From: Octopus vulgaris | Taxonomy: Eukaryota | Length of the DNA: 64,000 nucleotides | Reading direction: 5' to 3' | Assembly: GCA_951406725.2 (NCBI GenBank) | Contig: OX597825.1 | Span: 29,512,001 to 29,576,000, forward strand | In this document: one piece after another, positions 15,405 through 28,850 of the stretch | Position numbering within the stretch: position 1 is the first letter of the stretch | How the letters are laid out: each line of letters opens with the position of its first letter | Translations under genes and position numbers: made by a program | The notes under the pieces: model-generated | Told to the model about the DNA's origin: nothing | What the model saw: only the letters and a program-made list of their open reading frames with translations | The model's database searches: none

Positions 15405-15640
15405 TATACAGATGTACATGTGTACAGTGTAGAAGTTTAATAATTTATGTATATTTTCTACAGTTTGAAAAATGTTACAATGAAATTATTTTATGCAAAT
15501 GTTAATCAATAGGCTAATTATATTTATAACCAGTCAGTAAAAGGATATACCTACAGATGTCTATCTTTCTTGTTTTCATGCATACTTGTTGTTATATATG
15601 AATGTAAACGTGTAGACACAGACACATACACACATACACA

Positions 15641-15674
<34 letters not shown>

Positions 15675-15765
15675 TTCACATGCATAAAAAATAAATATAT
15701 GGTAACACAACCATGAATCTGTTAATATGGCCACACATACACACATACATACATACATACATATA

Positions 15766-16860
15766 TGTGGTCTGATCAATAAGTATCCGGACTGTTGCCA
15801 TAGTAACGAAGCTTAGGCAATCAGACTGAAACTGCTTGGCACGGATTGACCTTGACCTTTGCTGTGCATGTGCACTACGTTTTATTATTCTAGCTCACTT
15901 TTGCTGTTTACAGCAGTACTTGAAAGTAACATGTGTAATGTGTGATTGTCACTGTGACCATGACAGAGAAAGGCCTATGTAAGTTGCAGAAAGTGTATGG
16001 AGAAGAGTGTATATAAGCTACACACAAGTGTATGAGTGGTTCAGATGTTTTCAAGATAGATGGAAAAAATGTCGATATTGACAAGCGTTCTAGGTGGCCT
16101 GCAACCAGCAGAACTGAGAAGCACATCGCAGATATGCTTATAGCTCTGAGAGGAAATCATCGAATCACTGAGTTATCTGAGTGTGTGCAGATTAGTTACA
16201 GTTTAGTCCATTATTACTGAAGATTTGGTCACGAGATGCATGTCTGCCAAGTTTGTGCCAAAAACTGTTTGTGGCTGACCAAAAACACATTCGGGGTTTC
16301 TGTTGTACAAGATCTCCATGATTGTGTCAAGAACAATTGAAACTTTTTGAAAACTTTGTGTAGACCTCTGAGCAGGTATCACCCAGCTAGCAGAAATGTT
16401 AGCACGCCGGGCGAAATGCTTAGCGGTATTTCGTCTGTGTTACGTGGTGAGTTCAAATTCCGCCGAGGTCGACTTTGCCTTTCATCCTTTTGGGGTCGAT
16501 AAATTAAGTACCAGTTAAGCACTGGAGTCGATGTAATCGACTTAATATCTATGTCTGTCCTTGTTTGTCCCCTCTATGTTTAGCCCCTTGTGGATAATAA
16601 AGAAATAGGTATCGCCCAGCTTTTGGCAAAATTTGATGCAGATCCTCTGCTCAATTTTCTCTGTTTTGGTCAATGCAACAATCACACGCTACACATGTTA
16701 CTTCCAAGCACTGCTGTAAACAGCAGAACTGAGCTAGAATGCTAAAACGTAGTGAGCATGTACAGCAGAGTTCATGATCAATCTGTGCCAAGCGGCTTTA
16801 GTCTGCCTTCTTTAGCTTTGTTACTAAGGCAACAGTCCGGATACTTATTGATCAGACAAG
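15766..16860 (+). mobile_element. Non-autonomous mariner-type transposon with long (~190 bp) TIRs, transposase HTH remnant and nested SINE
   Basis: TA-flanked. gtctgatcaataagtatccggactgttgcc at the left end and its reverse complement at ~16828-16857; inverted similarity extends over 15766-15960 vs 16665-16860. Internal remnant KNVDIDKRSRWPATSRTEKHIAD..NHRITELSE..ISYSLVH, then SAKFVPK. Confidence 0.9.
16389..16606 (+). mobile_element. SINE family B inserted in the mariner, with apparent target-site duplication
   Basis: gcagaaatgttagcacgccgggcgaaatgcttagcgg...gagttcaaattccgccgaggtcgactttgcctttcatcc. Flanked by aggtatcacccagct (16374-16388) and aggtatcgcccagct (16607-16621). Confidence 0.85.
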
Positions 16861-17774
16861 TACATGCCTACACCTACACATAAACCTATATGAAGGTATG
16901 TTAGCATATATATATATATAGATAACTAATTCTTAAAGACAGGTGTGCAGAAAATCTGAGTGATATGATGCTTGCATGTATATATGCATGTACAATCCCA
17001 GACTTGCATACATGTACATGTGAATCTAGGGAGAGACAGAGACACATGTGCTTCAGCATGTACATATGAATGCAGTTATGGAAATAAATGTGTGCATAGA
17101 TGCATACATATCCTCCTTGTTGTCATCGTCATCATCCTCATCAGTACCATTGCCACCACTGTCACCACCACCATCATCATCATCAAGATTATCATCATCA
17201 TCGTCATCATTATCATCATCATCAGCAGCAGCATTTAACATCTATCCATGTTCTGTGCTGGCATGGGTTGGATGGTGTGACAAGGATCTTTATAAGTCCC
17301 AGGAATGCATCTTCCTTTTATACATATATCTATGCATGTGTACATGTATGTATATATGTATGCTCTAGACTGAGCAGCGGCATCACAGACTTTAGGTCCC
17401 TTCCATTGATTCTGCCCCAACTAGTTTTATGGATTTACTGTCACAGGATACATAACTCTCATTCTTTCTTCCCTTTTTCCATTTTTTTTTCACCCTTCCA
17501 TATCTCATATCCACTTTCCTTGCATTTTTTCTCAAGACATTTTTATTGTATTGTCCTGATTAGCAATTTGTATATGCCTCGTGCTCAGAGCTTGAAGACT
17601 GCTTTGAGATACTAGGCATAATATTAAAACCTGCCTAGACAACATCTCCAAAGTATGAAACTATTAGCTGCTCATGAATATATATACTGTGCACATTAAG
17701 CAATATTCATCTCTCTTCGGATGTGGTACTTTTTTGTTATTCTTACCTTAATGGAAAAGTAAACTATATATTAT

Positions 17775-17833
<59 letters not shown>

Positions 17834-18480
17834 CACCTTTCTAGATCATGAGATCATGTGTGTACATGTGTGTGTGTATGTATATACACATCTTTCTAGA
17901 TTATATATGTATATGTGCATGTGTATATATAATATAAATAAATGTAGGTCTGTATGTATGCCTGTGTATGTCTACCTATACACAAATACATACATACATA
18001 ATACACATACACTTACACACACACATATGCATAATAATGAATGCATATTATTATAATTCATTTCTCGGTGGAAAATCAAATTTCGCTCATGAATCTAATA
18101 TATTTATATACAAGCTTCTCACTTTCTATAATCTCTGCTGTGATATTATTTATTATACAATAATGTACAGATTACTTTGACACTCCATTAACAACTGAAC
18201 ATACTTTACATATCAGCTTTAAAATATATGCAAAAACCTTTATGCAAGCTTTTGATATTTCTCTTAGCGAGAAAATGAGTGAATATGAAATATGCTTTGA
18301 AAGACTTTTAAAGGCCTTCAGCAGTGACCAGATTGTGCAGACAGAGTGATTCGAGAACTATTTTTGAAAATATATTCAGGAGTAGCAAATGTTATTAACC
18401 TGGTTTTTGAAAGTAAAGGCCGGTTGATTATTTTCTGTCAAATGAGGAAATAAAATTACTTTATACTACAAAATAATAGA

Positions 18481-18892
18481 AGCAGATATGGCTGTGTGGT
18501 AAGAAGCTACCTACCCAACCACAAGGTTCTGGTTTCAGTCCCACTTTACAGCTCCTTGGGTAATTGTTTTCTAATATAGCCTCTTGCCACCCAAAGCCTT
18601 GTGAGTGGATTTAGTAGATGGAAACTGAAAGAAGCCTATTGTGTGTGTATATATAGATATATGTTTATATGTATATATTTATGTGTGTCTTTGTGTCTGT
18701 GTTTGTCCTCCCACCATCGCTTGACAACTGATGTTGGTATGTTTGCATTTCTGTAATTTAGTGGTTCATCAAAAGATACCGATATAACAAGTACCAGGCT
18801 TACAAAGAGGAAGTCCTAGGGTCGATTTCTTCAACTAAAAGGTAGTGCTCCAGCATGGCCACAGTCAAACGACTGAAACAAATAAAAGGATT
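18481..18892 (+). mobile_element. SINE family A, near full length
   Basis: Same head, body and tail as the copy at 48445. Confidence 0.85.
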
Positions 18893-19305
18893 AAAAAAAT
18901 ATAATGTTACCCACTTACTATATATGTGTTTGTGTGTGTGTGCACGCATTTGCATATGTGTGTGCACATGCATGTGTGTGTACACACACACACACACAAA
19001 CCACGTGTGATGAACAAAGAAGTAGACCTTAATATTGATGGGAATAGAGGACTATATTTATTGAATGATACAGGTATAGAGACTCACATTCAGAACTTTA
19101 AGTTTCTGTATCAATAATTTGATGATTGCTGCACATCTTTAGCCATTGCACATCTATTGGCAATGCCTGCATTTTTGATCTTAGCGCTGTTGTAATTATG
19201 TAATGCACACCAGGCTTGCTACAGCTGAAGACGTGCAACAATCATCATATTGTTGACATAGAAATTTAATCCTGATTGCAAGTCTCCATACCTGAATCAC
19301 AATGA

Positions 19306-19337
<32 letters not shown>

Positions 19338-19429
19338 ACACACACACCACCACCACCACCATCATCATCACCATTGTCATCATCATCATCGTCATCATCA
19401 TCATAATCATTTCCATTGCCACCACCATC

Positions 19430-19463
<34 letters not shown>

Positions 19464-20565
19464 TCACCATTACCATTGTCACTACCATCACCATCACCAC
19501 AATCATCATCATAAAACCTCACCACCACCACCACCACAACCACCATCATCATCATCATTGTCATCATCATCATCATCATCATCATTACCATCATCGTCAT
19601 CATCCTCATCATCGCAGATGCTACCACACTGACATGCATCAAATTAACACCATGGCAATTATCAGCTTCTCCCTCAATATCAACAGCCTTAACTGCATCA
19701 TTACCATCGCTGCCAGCATCGATATTACGGGGCTGTCACCTCCACCACCACCACCACTACCTCCACCACTACTACCTCCACCACCACTACATTCTATACT
19801 ACCACCTTCATTAATTCTAACTCTACCACCTTCACTGACATCAACACTACATCCATGGTGACCATCAAAATCAGTTTAATGCCTGTCTGTCTCTGTCTCT
19901 CTCTCTTTCCCTCTGTCTCTCTCTCCCTCCCTCTCTCTCTCTCTCTACTTGTCCATCCATGCAAACGATCAGCTAAAAACAGAAATAAGTAAGTAAAGAG
20001 CAGTGACAGTCTTTTAAAGTTCCTGAAATTTCTCCTCTTTTATGTATTATGGTTAAAATCGGAAATCAGTTTCAGCTATATTGTGGGAAGTATTGCAACT
20101 TTATTGGATCTTTGCCATGTCACAAAAGGTCAAGTTCAAAGGTCAAATATAAGATTTCAATCATACCTTTCTTATCACTAAGGACTATAAAATAGTGACA
20201 TCTTCTTTGACCAATACAACCAGGCAGAAATAGTCTCATTGTAATCTCACATACTCACCATTTTTCTTTCTTCTTTTCTTCAGTTTTTTTTTTATATTTT
20301 GTTTTTGTCTGTGTTTGCTTTTTTTTTTTTTTGTTCCTTTGTCGTACATCTATAACTATTTCAGTGAGATATCAGTATGGAATATAGAAATGAATGACTT
20401 CAGTTTCCAAGAAATTGAACACTTGCAATGTTTAGTCAGTTAGAAGTGGAATGTAAGATATTTCTACATCCTGAAATAATGATAGTAATGATAATGATGA
20501 GGAGGATGATGGCAATAATAATAATAATGATAATAATAATAATAATAATTATTATTATAATAAAC

Positions 20566-20618
<53 letters not shown>

Positions 20619-20641
20619 TGATGATAATGATAGTAATAATA

Positions 20642-21229
20642 ATGCCCTGATGCAGTACCAAGCAGTGGCTCTCGTGGCTTGCCCTGATGCAGTACCAGGT
20701 GGTGGCTCTTGTGGCTTCTGATCTTAAGTGATTGGAAGTGTTATCATGTACATTGATTTATCTTTGTATAAAAGATGGGCTACAGCAAATATTCTGCTCA
20801 ATACCACAGATTTGCTTGTCAGTTGTTTGACCAGTTGAGCATGTCCCTTAGTGGCTGATGATAACTGCATCTCTGATCACGAGCAGCAGTAGTGGAGGAG
20901 CATTATAGCCATGTGTTGAGAGAAATTCTTTGGGGTTTGAATAGTTCACCTCTGGAAACATGAATGTTTCATTCAACATCCTTAAACAACCCTTATTCAG
21001 GTACCTTTTGAGCAGGATGGGTTACTTGACCAGAAGAAAATTCTAACTGGGCCCCACCTGCAAGGTCATGCACTGTTTATATTTATATGAGATCACCATG
21101 TCATGCACATATGGTTGTGATGCATGTGCCTGGTGTACCCTTATCAGACAGGTAGTCATGATGGGTATACTGGGCTTCGTATATTTTACCCCAGTGTCAC
21201 TTGGATGGCATGCACTGCTCTCTCACTCA
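20642..21229 (+). mobile_element. ~590-bp non-coding interspersed element embedded in (AAT)n
   Basis: (AAT)n on both sides, a 37-bp tandem duplication at its 5' end, and a second inverted copy of its 3' part at 21704-21971. Confidence 0.8.
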
Positions 21230-21516
21230 ATAATGATAATGATAATAATAATAGTAATGATGATGATGATGGTGATGATGATGAAGGTAATGATGATGAT
21301 GATGATGTGTGCATATATACGCAACTGAATGATTGATTTATTTCTCCTGTCACTAATTACAATTTTTGTTTCTATTCTTATTTTTATATATCAACATAAC
21401 ATACTTTTAAGATTCTTTTAATTATGGCACGTTTAAAGTCTGCAAGTCCAAGAATTTTACACCAGACATAGTTATTCTGTTAGCTAACAAAGAATATAAA
21501 ACCATAAAATTTATTA

Positions 21517-21578
<62 letters not shown>

Positions 21579-21703
21579 GTTGTTGTTGTTGTTATTATTA
21601 TTATTATTATCATTATTATTATTATTATCATTATTATTATTATTATCATTATTATTATTATTATAATTATGATTATTATTATTATTATGATTATTATTAT
21701 TAT

Positions 21704-21971
21704 TGAGTGAGCGAGCTGAGCATGCCATCAAAGTGACACTGGGGTAAAATATACGAAGCCCAGTATACCCATCATGACTACCCGTCTGATAAGGGTACAC
21801 CAGGCACATGCATCACAACCATATGTGCGTGACATGGTGATCTCATATCAAGATAAACAGCACATGACCTTGCAGGTGGAGCCCAGTTAGAATTTTCTTC
21901 AGATCGAGTAACCCATCCCGCTCAAAAGGTCCCTGAATAAGAGTTGTTTAAGGACGTTGAACGAAACACCC
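21704..21971 (-). mobile_element. 5'-truncated inverted copy of the 20642-21229 element, embedded in (ATT)n
   Basis: Reverse complement of ~20960-21229 (shared MCLVYPYQTGSHDGYTGLRIFYPSVT shadow ORFs); (ATT)n on both sides. Confidence 0.85.
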
Positions 21972-21972
21972 A

Positions 21973-22036
<64 letters not shown>

Positions 22037-22072
22037 CATTATTATTATTATTATTATAATTATTATTATGAC

Positions 22073-22126
<54 letters not shown>

Positions 22127-22840
22127 CATTATCATCATTATTATTATCATTATATGTTTGAATTTTACTTTGTATTTGTGCAAGTTGGCTCCAAATCTCA
22201 CCCAGAGACCTCAAGAAACAAGCTAGAAGTGTCATATATTTGGTTTTGTACTTAAGTGTTGTACTAGAGAATGTTTAAAAATACCATAAGAAAATTATGA
22301 GTTTGTCTTAAAATTTGAGATTACATAGACAGTATTTTACAGCCCAACTTTCTGAGAACAGTATGAATGTCATAAAATCTTCATTCCTAATTCCTACAAG
22401 ATTCAGTCCTCAATGCCTGAAACCAATCATTATGTCTTTCTTCTCATATTTTATTTCCAATCTAGTGACAAATACTTTAAAATTTTTAATTAGCTGGTCA
22501 GCAGAATTAATGTTGCTGTAGAACATGAAATATTTCATAATTGTGGCTAAAACAAGGGAAATATCATTTAAAATTTTCTTAACATTCACTGTATTTATCC
22601 ATTTTGTGATTAACGAGCTAAATTAATAATGGTTGATTCCTGCTTGTCTGTGTATAGACACACACACACATGCACACACACACAAATATATATGTGTGTG
22701 TGTGTGTTTATAAATATTTATATATAAATATAAAATATGTGTATGTATATATATCTGTGCATCTGTGTGTGTATGTGTGTGTGTGTGTATATATATATAT
22801 GTATATATGTATGTGCATATATTTTTTTATCTTTCTGCCT

Positions 22841-22898
<58 letters not shown>

Positions 22899-22899
22899 T

Positions 22900-22970
22900 A
22901 AGGTCCTTAGCTTTGTGAGTGAATTTGGCAAACAGAAACTGAAAGAAGCCTGTAATGCATAAATATATAA

Positions 22971-23030
<60 letters not shown>

Positions 23031-23270
23031 GTATATATGTATATGTGTGTGTATGTCTGCAGCTATGATTGTTCTCCCACGAACCATTTGACAACTAGTG
23101 TTAGTGTGTTTATATACCTGTAACATTGCAGTTCAGCAAAAGAGACTGATAGAATAAGTACCAGGATTTAAAAAAAAGCAAAGTACTGGGGTCAATTCAT
23201 TTGACTAAAAATTCTTCAAGGCGGTGCCCCAGCATGGCCACAGTCTCATGGCTGAAAGGAGTAAAAATAA
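22900..23270 (+). mobile_element. SINE family A, 5'-truncated, with internal (TA)n
   Basis: ctttgtgagtgaatttggcaaacagaaactgaaagaagcc ... gcggtgccccagcatggccacagtc. Confidence 0.8.
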
Positions 23271-24104
23271 AAGATACGTCACACTGCTTCTGCATGAGGA
23301 TTGAATTAAGTATACATGTCTCAGGAATACTCAGCCACGTATCCATTGAATCAGGTGTACAAAATCTGGTTGAACCAACAACTGAGTCCTCACCACTGAC
23401 ATAGATGAAGGACCATCTATGCATATTATAACCATCATTTTAGGTTAAAACAATTGATCGAGCTGTGAAGATACATATCATTCATACCCTTTCTCTCTTT
23501 TTCCCTCTCTCTTTTTCACTCATTCTCTCTTACTTCCTTTCTCTCTTCCTCTTCCTCTCTCTCAAACTAGAAACAAACTTTTGTATAAATAAACAAAGAA
23601 AAGCCAATAGAAGGCCTGAAAATGAATAGACAAGATGCGTAAATGTAAAATATGAAATTCTCTCTTGGGAGGTGTCTTTCTAATAGAAATCAAATAGATT
23701 TCTGTTTTATTAAAATTGAATTTTGAACATACACATTAAATAATGCAAATCCTTTAAGTGAAAAATATGAAAAAAAGACAAACTAAATAATTGAGGAACA
23801 GAAGGAAAACTTTATATTGCTTTGATGAATATATCCATATTATTGACATATGTCAAATTTTCATGTATGTATGAATATATTTATACATATGCACACGCGT
23901 ACACACACACACACACACACGCACACACACACACATATAAAACTTTTATTACATAGTATGTCAGCAAAGTAGTTCTTGCTGTGTGGGCTTGGATATAGTA
24001 ATTTCACTTTTCTACAAATTTTTTGGGATTTGATAGATTTCAAATTTCAATTCTTTGCATTACCGGGAAAGGCCAATTCTTCATCAATCTTCTTTTTCAC
24101 TTTA

Positions 24105-24327
<223 letters not shown>

Positions 24328-24569
24328 TTTCATTTATTTGCCACAAGGGTGAAGGATGAGGGGGACAATAGCAAGACAGATATAAAGTGTAAGGGTTTAC
24401 ATCAAATGAAATAATAAAAAAAAATTGAAAGAAAGTATATACAATATAAAGAAGGGACTTATGTGTAGCATACTAAGGTTTAAAAAATACTACTTCTACT
24501 ACTACTACTAATAATAATAATGATATTGATGTATATGTATACATGTATATATTTTCCCCTTCATTCCGA

Positions 24570-24840
24570 CTAGCACCTGTGCCAGTGGCACATAAAAAGC
24601 ACAATCTGAATGTGGCTGATGCCAGTGCCTCCTGACTGGCTCCCATGCTGGTGGCATGTAAAAAGCACCCACTGCACTCTCAGAGTGGTTGGCATTAGGA
24701 AGGGCATCCAGCTATAGAAACATTGCCAGATCAAATTGGAACCTGGTGCAGCCTCCTGGCTTGCCAGACCCCGGTCGAACCGTCCAACCCATGCCAGCAA
24801 GGTAAACAGACGTTAAACGATGATGATGATAATGATGATA
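24570..24840 (+). mobile_element. Interspersed retroposon 3' end (RTE-type tail family) ending in (GAT)n
   Basis: aaaagcaccc..gagtggttggcattaggaagggcatccagct..ccaacccatgccagc..acgttaaacgatgatgat. Related pieces at ~15100-15290(+), 17230-17285(-), 38760-38850(-), 42120-42290(-), 43355-43530(+), 45420-45560(+), 51110-51210(-) and 52220-52280(+). Confidence 0.75.
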
Positions 24841-25386
24841 TAATGCACTTATATATATGTATACATACATACATGCATATATATGTGAAATGTTATATGT
24901 GTGTGTGTGTGGGCGCGTGTGTGCATGTGTATGAATGTATGACTGTATGTATGTATGTATGTAATTGTAAAAAACAAGATTTTTCCATTTGCATTTTACT
25001 GTTTCTGGTACTTAATTTTCATACATTTGTAGTAATTTTTGTTACAATTGGGTTATGGTAAAAAAATGAAAAGTAATAACAAAGATGATGATGATGATGA
25101 CGACGACAATGAGGGTGACGATGACAACGATGAGGATGACACTGACACACTGACAATTGCTGACCGAAGAATTTATTCTACTCACTTATAAACATTTTTA
25201 GCAATCAAATTATTTCAGAATATTTTTGTCTTTACGTTTATTTCTTGAGTTTTCTGTGGGAAATCTAAGCTAGTAACATTCTGCTATTTTGCTGTTTTAT
25301 TTTAGTACTTTTTCGTTCAGATCTCAGTAGGTGTATTAGACATCTCGGATCAATTCTTCGGTGATAAGATGGCCTTTTTATTTGTT

Positions 25387-25428
<42 letters not shown>

Positions 25429-25457
25429 CAACTACATATATATATATATACACATAC

Positions 25458-25493
<36 letters not shown>

Positions 25494-26384
25494 CATCGTT
25501 GTAATGCACACTGTATATAAGCTGCTTAAATTAGACAACTTTGCTTCACAAGAATCTATGAATTGCATGAGAAGATTTATATTGAGTTTTCAGAACAATT
25601 AATTTTCGTACATGTTTTCTATAGCCTTTTTGTCTTTTATTTAAGTTTCATTACTTTTTTACATTTATATATTTATTATTATATGTTTGTCGTCGTCATC
25701 ATCGTCATCATCACTATTATTATGATCATCCTCATCACCATCATCATCGTCATTGTCATCGCCATCGTTTGCTTTGCATGAATGCTTGTTTGATTTTGAT
25801 ATCTTCTCAAGAAGAAAACATACAGAAAAAAATAAATAAATAAAATTGGTAAAGTGCAACATGAGAATGAAACAGTTTCTGATAAATATGATTTCTTAAT
25901 TAGGCATGAAGTCTTAAGCGAGTTGAGCTAAGTTGTTGAAGACTATGTAATGCTTGCAGACAGATATGAGGTCATAAACGACACACATATATATAAAGAT
26001 AAATATATATGTATGTATATATATATATAAATATATATATATACATGTGTGTATATATATATATATATATAAGCATATATATATGTATGTAGGTATCTAT
26101 GTATCTATGGATATATCCAATTAATCACTGAAGTGCTTGTATGTTTTCTGCGTTTGATATAAATAAATGTTTACACAAAAGCAGGTGTAATGTGTTGCTA
26201 GCTCTGGGACATGATGCAGAGTCAACGGCGTAATGAGAATTAAGTATTAAAGTGCCACACTTGTATATTTCATTGCTTGTATCTAATCTGCTCTTTTTGG
26301 TGTGGGAGGAAAATATTTAATGGCAGAGTGGATAGTTTGTCAGAACTACAACGACATTTCTTTGAAATCTTTTTCACCAGACTC

Positions 26385-26740
26385 GGGCATAGGTGTCTGG
26401 TTAAGAAACTTGCTTTGCAACTCCATGGTTTTCAGTTCAGTCCCACTGTCCAGCACCATTGATAAATGCTTTCTGTTATAGCCCTGATTGACCAAAGCCT
26501 CGTGAGTGAATTTCATCGATGGAAACTGTAGGGAAGCCTGACATATATATTCATATATCTGTGTTTGTTTCCCATGCATCCACAACTTAACTGTCCTTTG
26601 TTTAATCCCCATAACTTAATGGCTTAGCAAAAGAGAGTGATAAACTTAAAAATAAGTATTGGGGTTGATTTGTACAACTAAGATCTTTTCAAGGGGGTGC
26701 CCATACATGGCTAGAGCCCAATGGTTTAAACAAGTGAAAG
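26385..26740 (+). mobile_element. SINE family A, degenerate
   Basis: ggttaagaaacttgc..gttcagtcccactg..gaccaaagcctcgtgagtg..ggaaactg. Confidence 0.75.
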
Positions 26741-27815
26741 ACAAAAATTAAGGGGTCAGGCAGTACCTATTATTCTGTACAGGTCTTCCAAGACTGGTGG
26801 AATGGAAGTGGGGGGAGGTGTGTACAAACTGAAGACCTGGGCCAAATGCTTCCAACTGAATGACTCGTAGAGTCACTAAAGGTGACATGCGGTCAAGTTT
26901 AATATAATAATATGTATAAAATTTTTGTTAAGTAATGTTTCAAACACCATACCAATATAGAAATGTTGCTTATTTTCACAAAATTCCTTCAAATCCCAGG
27001 TTATATTTTCCAAATTAGTTACAAGTGAGAGACTGTATTTCATTAGAAATATGGTCAGCACACCTGTTTACAGAGTACCAAGTACTTAAAACACCTCATT
27101 AACCAACGTAATGATAAACAGGTGTGAAGAGCTAATATCACTAAATAGGATAACGGTGTTGTAAAACTGTTTTAGAATTTGTGTAAAAAGAACGAATTAA
27201 ATTACATTCAAAGAATGTTAAAGATTTTTCTTTCTGTTGTTCAGAATTTTCACTTTTGTTTGCTCTGATTTCTATTGTCTTTCAACATTAATAATTTTTG
27301 TACTTAATTGCTCCATTTTGTATAGAAATAGCACTTCATAGTTGTTCAAAACGAATAATGCTCACTTATACCTATGCATATACATGTACAAATCTCTTAC
27401 TACACTTTCTCCCTTTAAATACAGATGTATAAATAAAGAAGTGGTCTAGGCATCACCTATAATTCCTCATACAAACCCTCACATGCTAAATAGCATAATT
27501 ATAAAAAAAGTGCAAAACCAAAGAATACTATTATATAAAAAAATATCCAAAACAATGCAATGTACTTGTCTTTAGTTTGATTTCAAATAAAGTAAATACT
27601 TCAAGTTAACCAGTGCAGTGGTGACAGTTGCACAGTCTTCTCTCCCCTTTCTCTCTCTCAATATATATATTTACATACATATATATCATATATGTATGTA
27701 TATTATATATCTATCTTTCTATCTATCTACTTATATATATATATATATATATATATTTTGTTTTGGGATTTGGTTTGCAAGATTCTTTATGTGAGTTTGT
27801 GCATTGAATCATATT

Positions 27816-28002
27816 CTGTTGTGTCTGGGGAGAGTCATTTTTTTCTTGTGTCTTATAATATAACACACTCACCGGTAAAACTTCCACTTATTTCTTATTT
27901 TATTTTTATTTTTATAAAAATAAGAAAAAAGTGGAAGTTTTATTGGTGAGTGTGTTACATTATAAGGCACAAAAAGAAAATGACTCTCCCCAGACACAAC
28001 AG
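27816..28002. repeat. ~190-bp imperfect palindrome of a PLE-terminus-like repeat, in (TA)n
   Basis: ctgttgtgtctggggagagtcattt...cttccacttatttcttattttat vs ataaaaataagaaaaaagtggaag...aaatgactctccccagacacaacag. Same family as 7500-7592. Confidence 0.9.
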
Positions 28003-28441
28003 TATATATATATATATATATATAACCAGTGTGTGTGGTGTGAATGTGGATACTTGAAATTTTAACAACTCCTATCTTATATACTATATCAAGAAATTGT
28101 TATATCATGATATGGCAAGTCAAAGGCAGGTATCATCAGTATTCACTCACACAAACCAACTGCAGAACCAATACCAGCTGCATTGAATTTTCACTCTGCA
28201 GGCTTCAACAGAAATGGTTTGGACGTCTTGTATGACTAACATCTCTTCTTTAGAATCCTATGCATCCAGATACACATGGTCATATGACCAATGCCTAGCT
28301 GGAGGATCAAAAAAGTGATTGAAGTACCAAAGACTAAGTGAAGATTTCTTTGAAGAGTTAAAACAAGCCATCAAGCATAGAAGACATTGTTACTTGTATT
28401 ATAGGAAGAGTCCGGATATTTGTCATTCATTTTTATGTTCT

Positions 28442-28850
28442 AAGGTGGCGAGCTGGCAGAAACATTAGCACACCGGGTGAAATGCTTAATGGTATTTCAT
28501 CTGTCTTTACATTCTGAGTTCAAATTCTGCTGAGGTCACCTTCACCTTTCATCCTTTTGGGAGTTGATAAATTAAGTACCAGTTATGCACTGGGGTCGAT
28601 GTAATCGACTTAATCCCTTTGTCCTTGTTTGTCCCCTCTATGTTTAGCCCCTTGTGGGCTATAAAGAAATAAGAAACATTAGCCTGCCAGGTGAAATGCT
28701 TAGTGGTGTCTGAGTTCAAATTTCGCTGAGGTCGACTTTGCCTTTCATCTTTTCACGGTCATTAAACTAAGTCCCAGTTGTGTATTGGGGTCGATCTAAT
28801 CGACTAGCCCCCTCCCCAGAAATTTTAGTCCTTGTGCCTAGAGTAGAAAA
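28442..28850 (+). mobile_element. SINE family B, full-length, internally dimeric (Nin-domain-like segment)
   Basis: aaggtggcgagctggcagaaacattagcacaccggg head; two copies of gagttcaaatt..gaggtc..cctttcatc..taagt.ccagtt..ggggtcgat. Confidence 0.85.
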
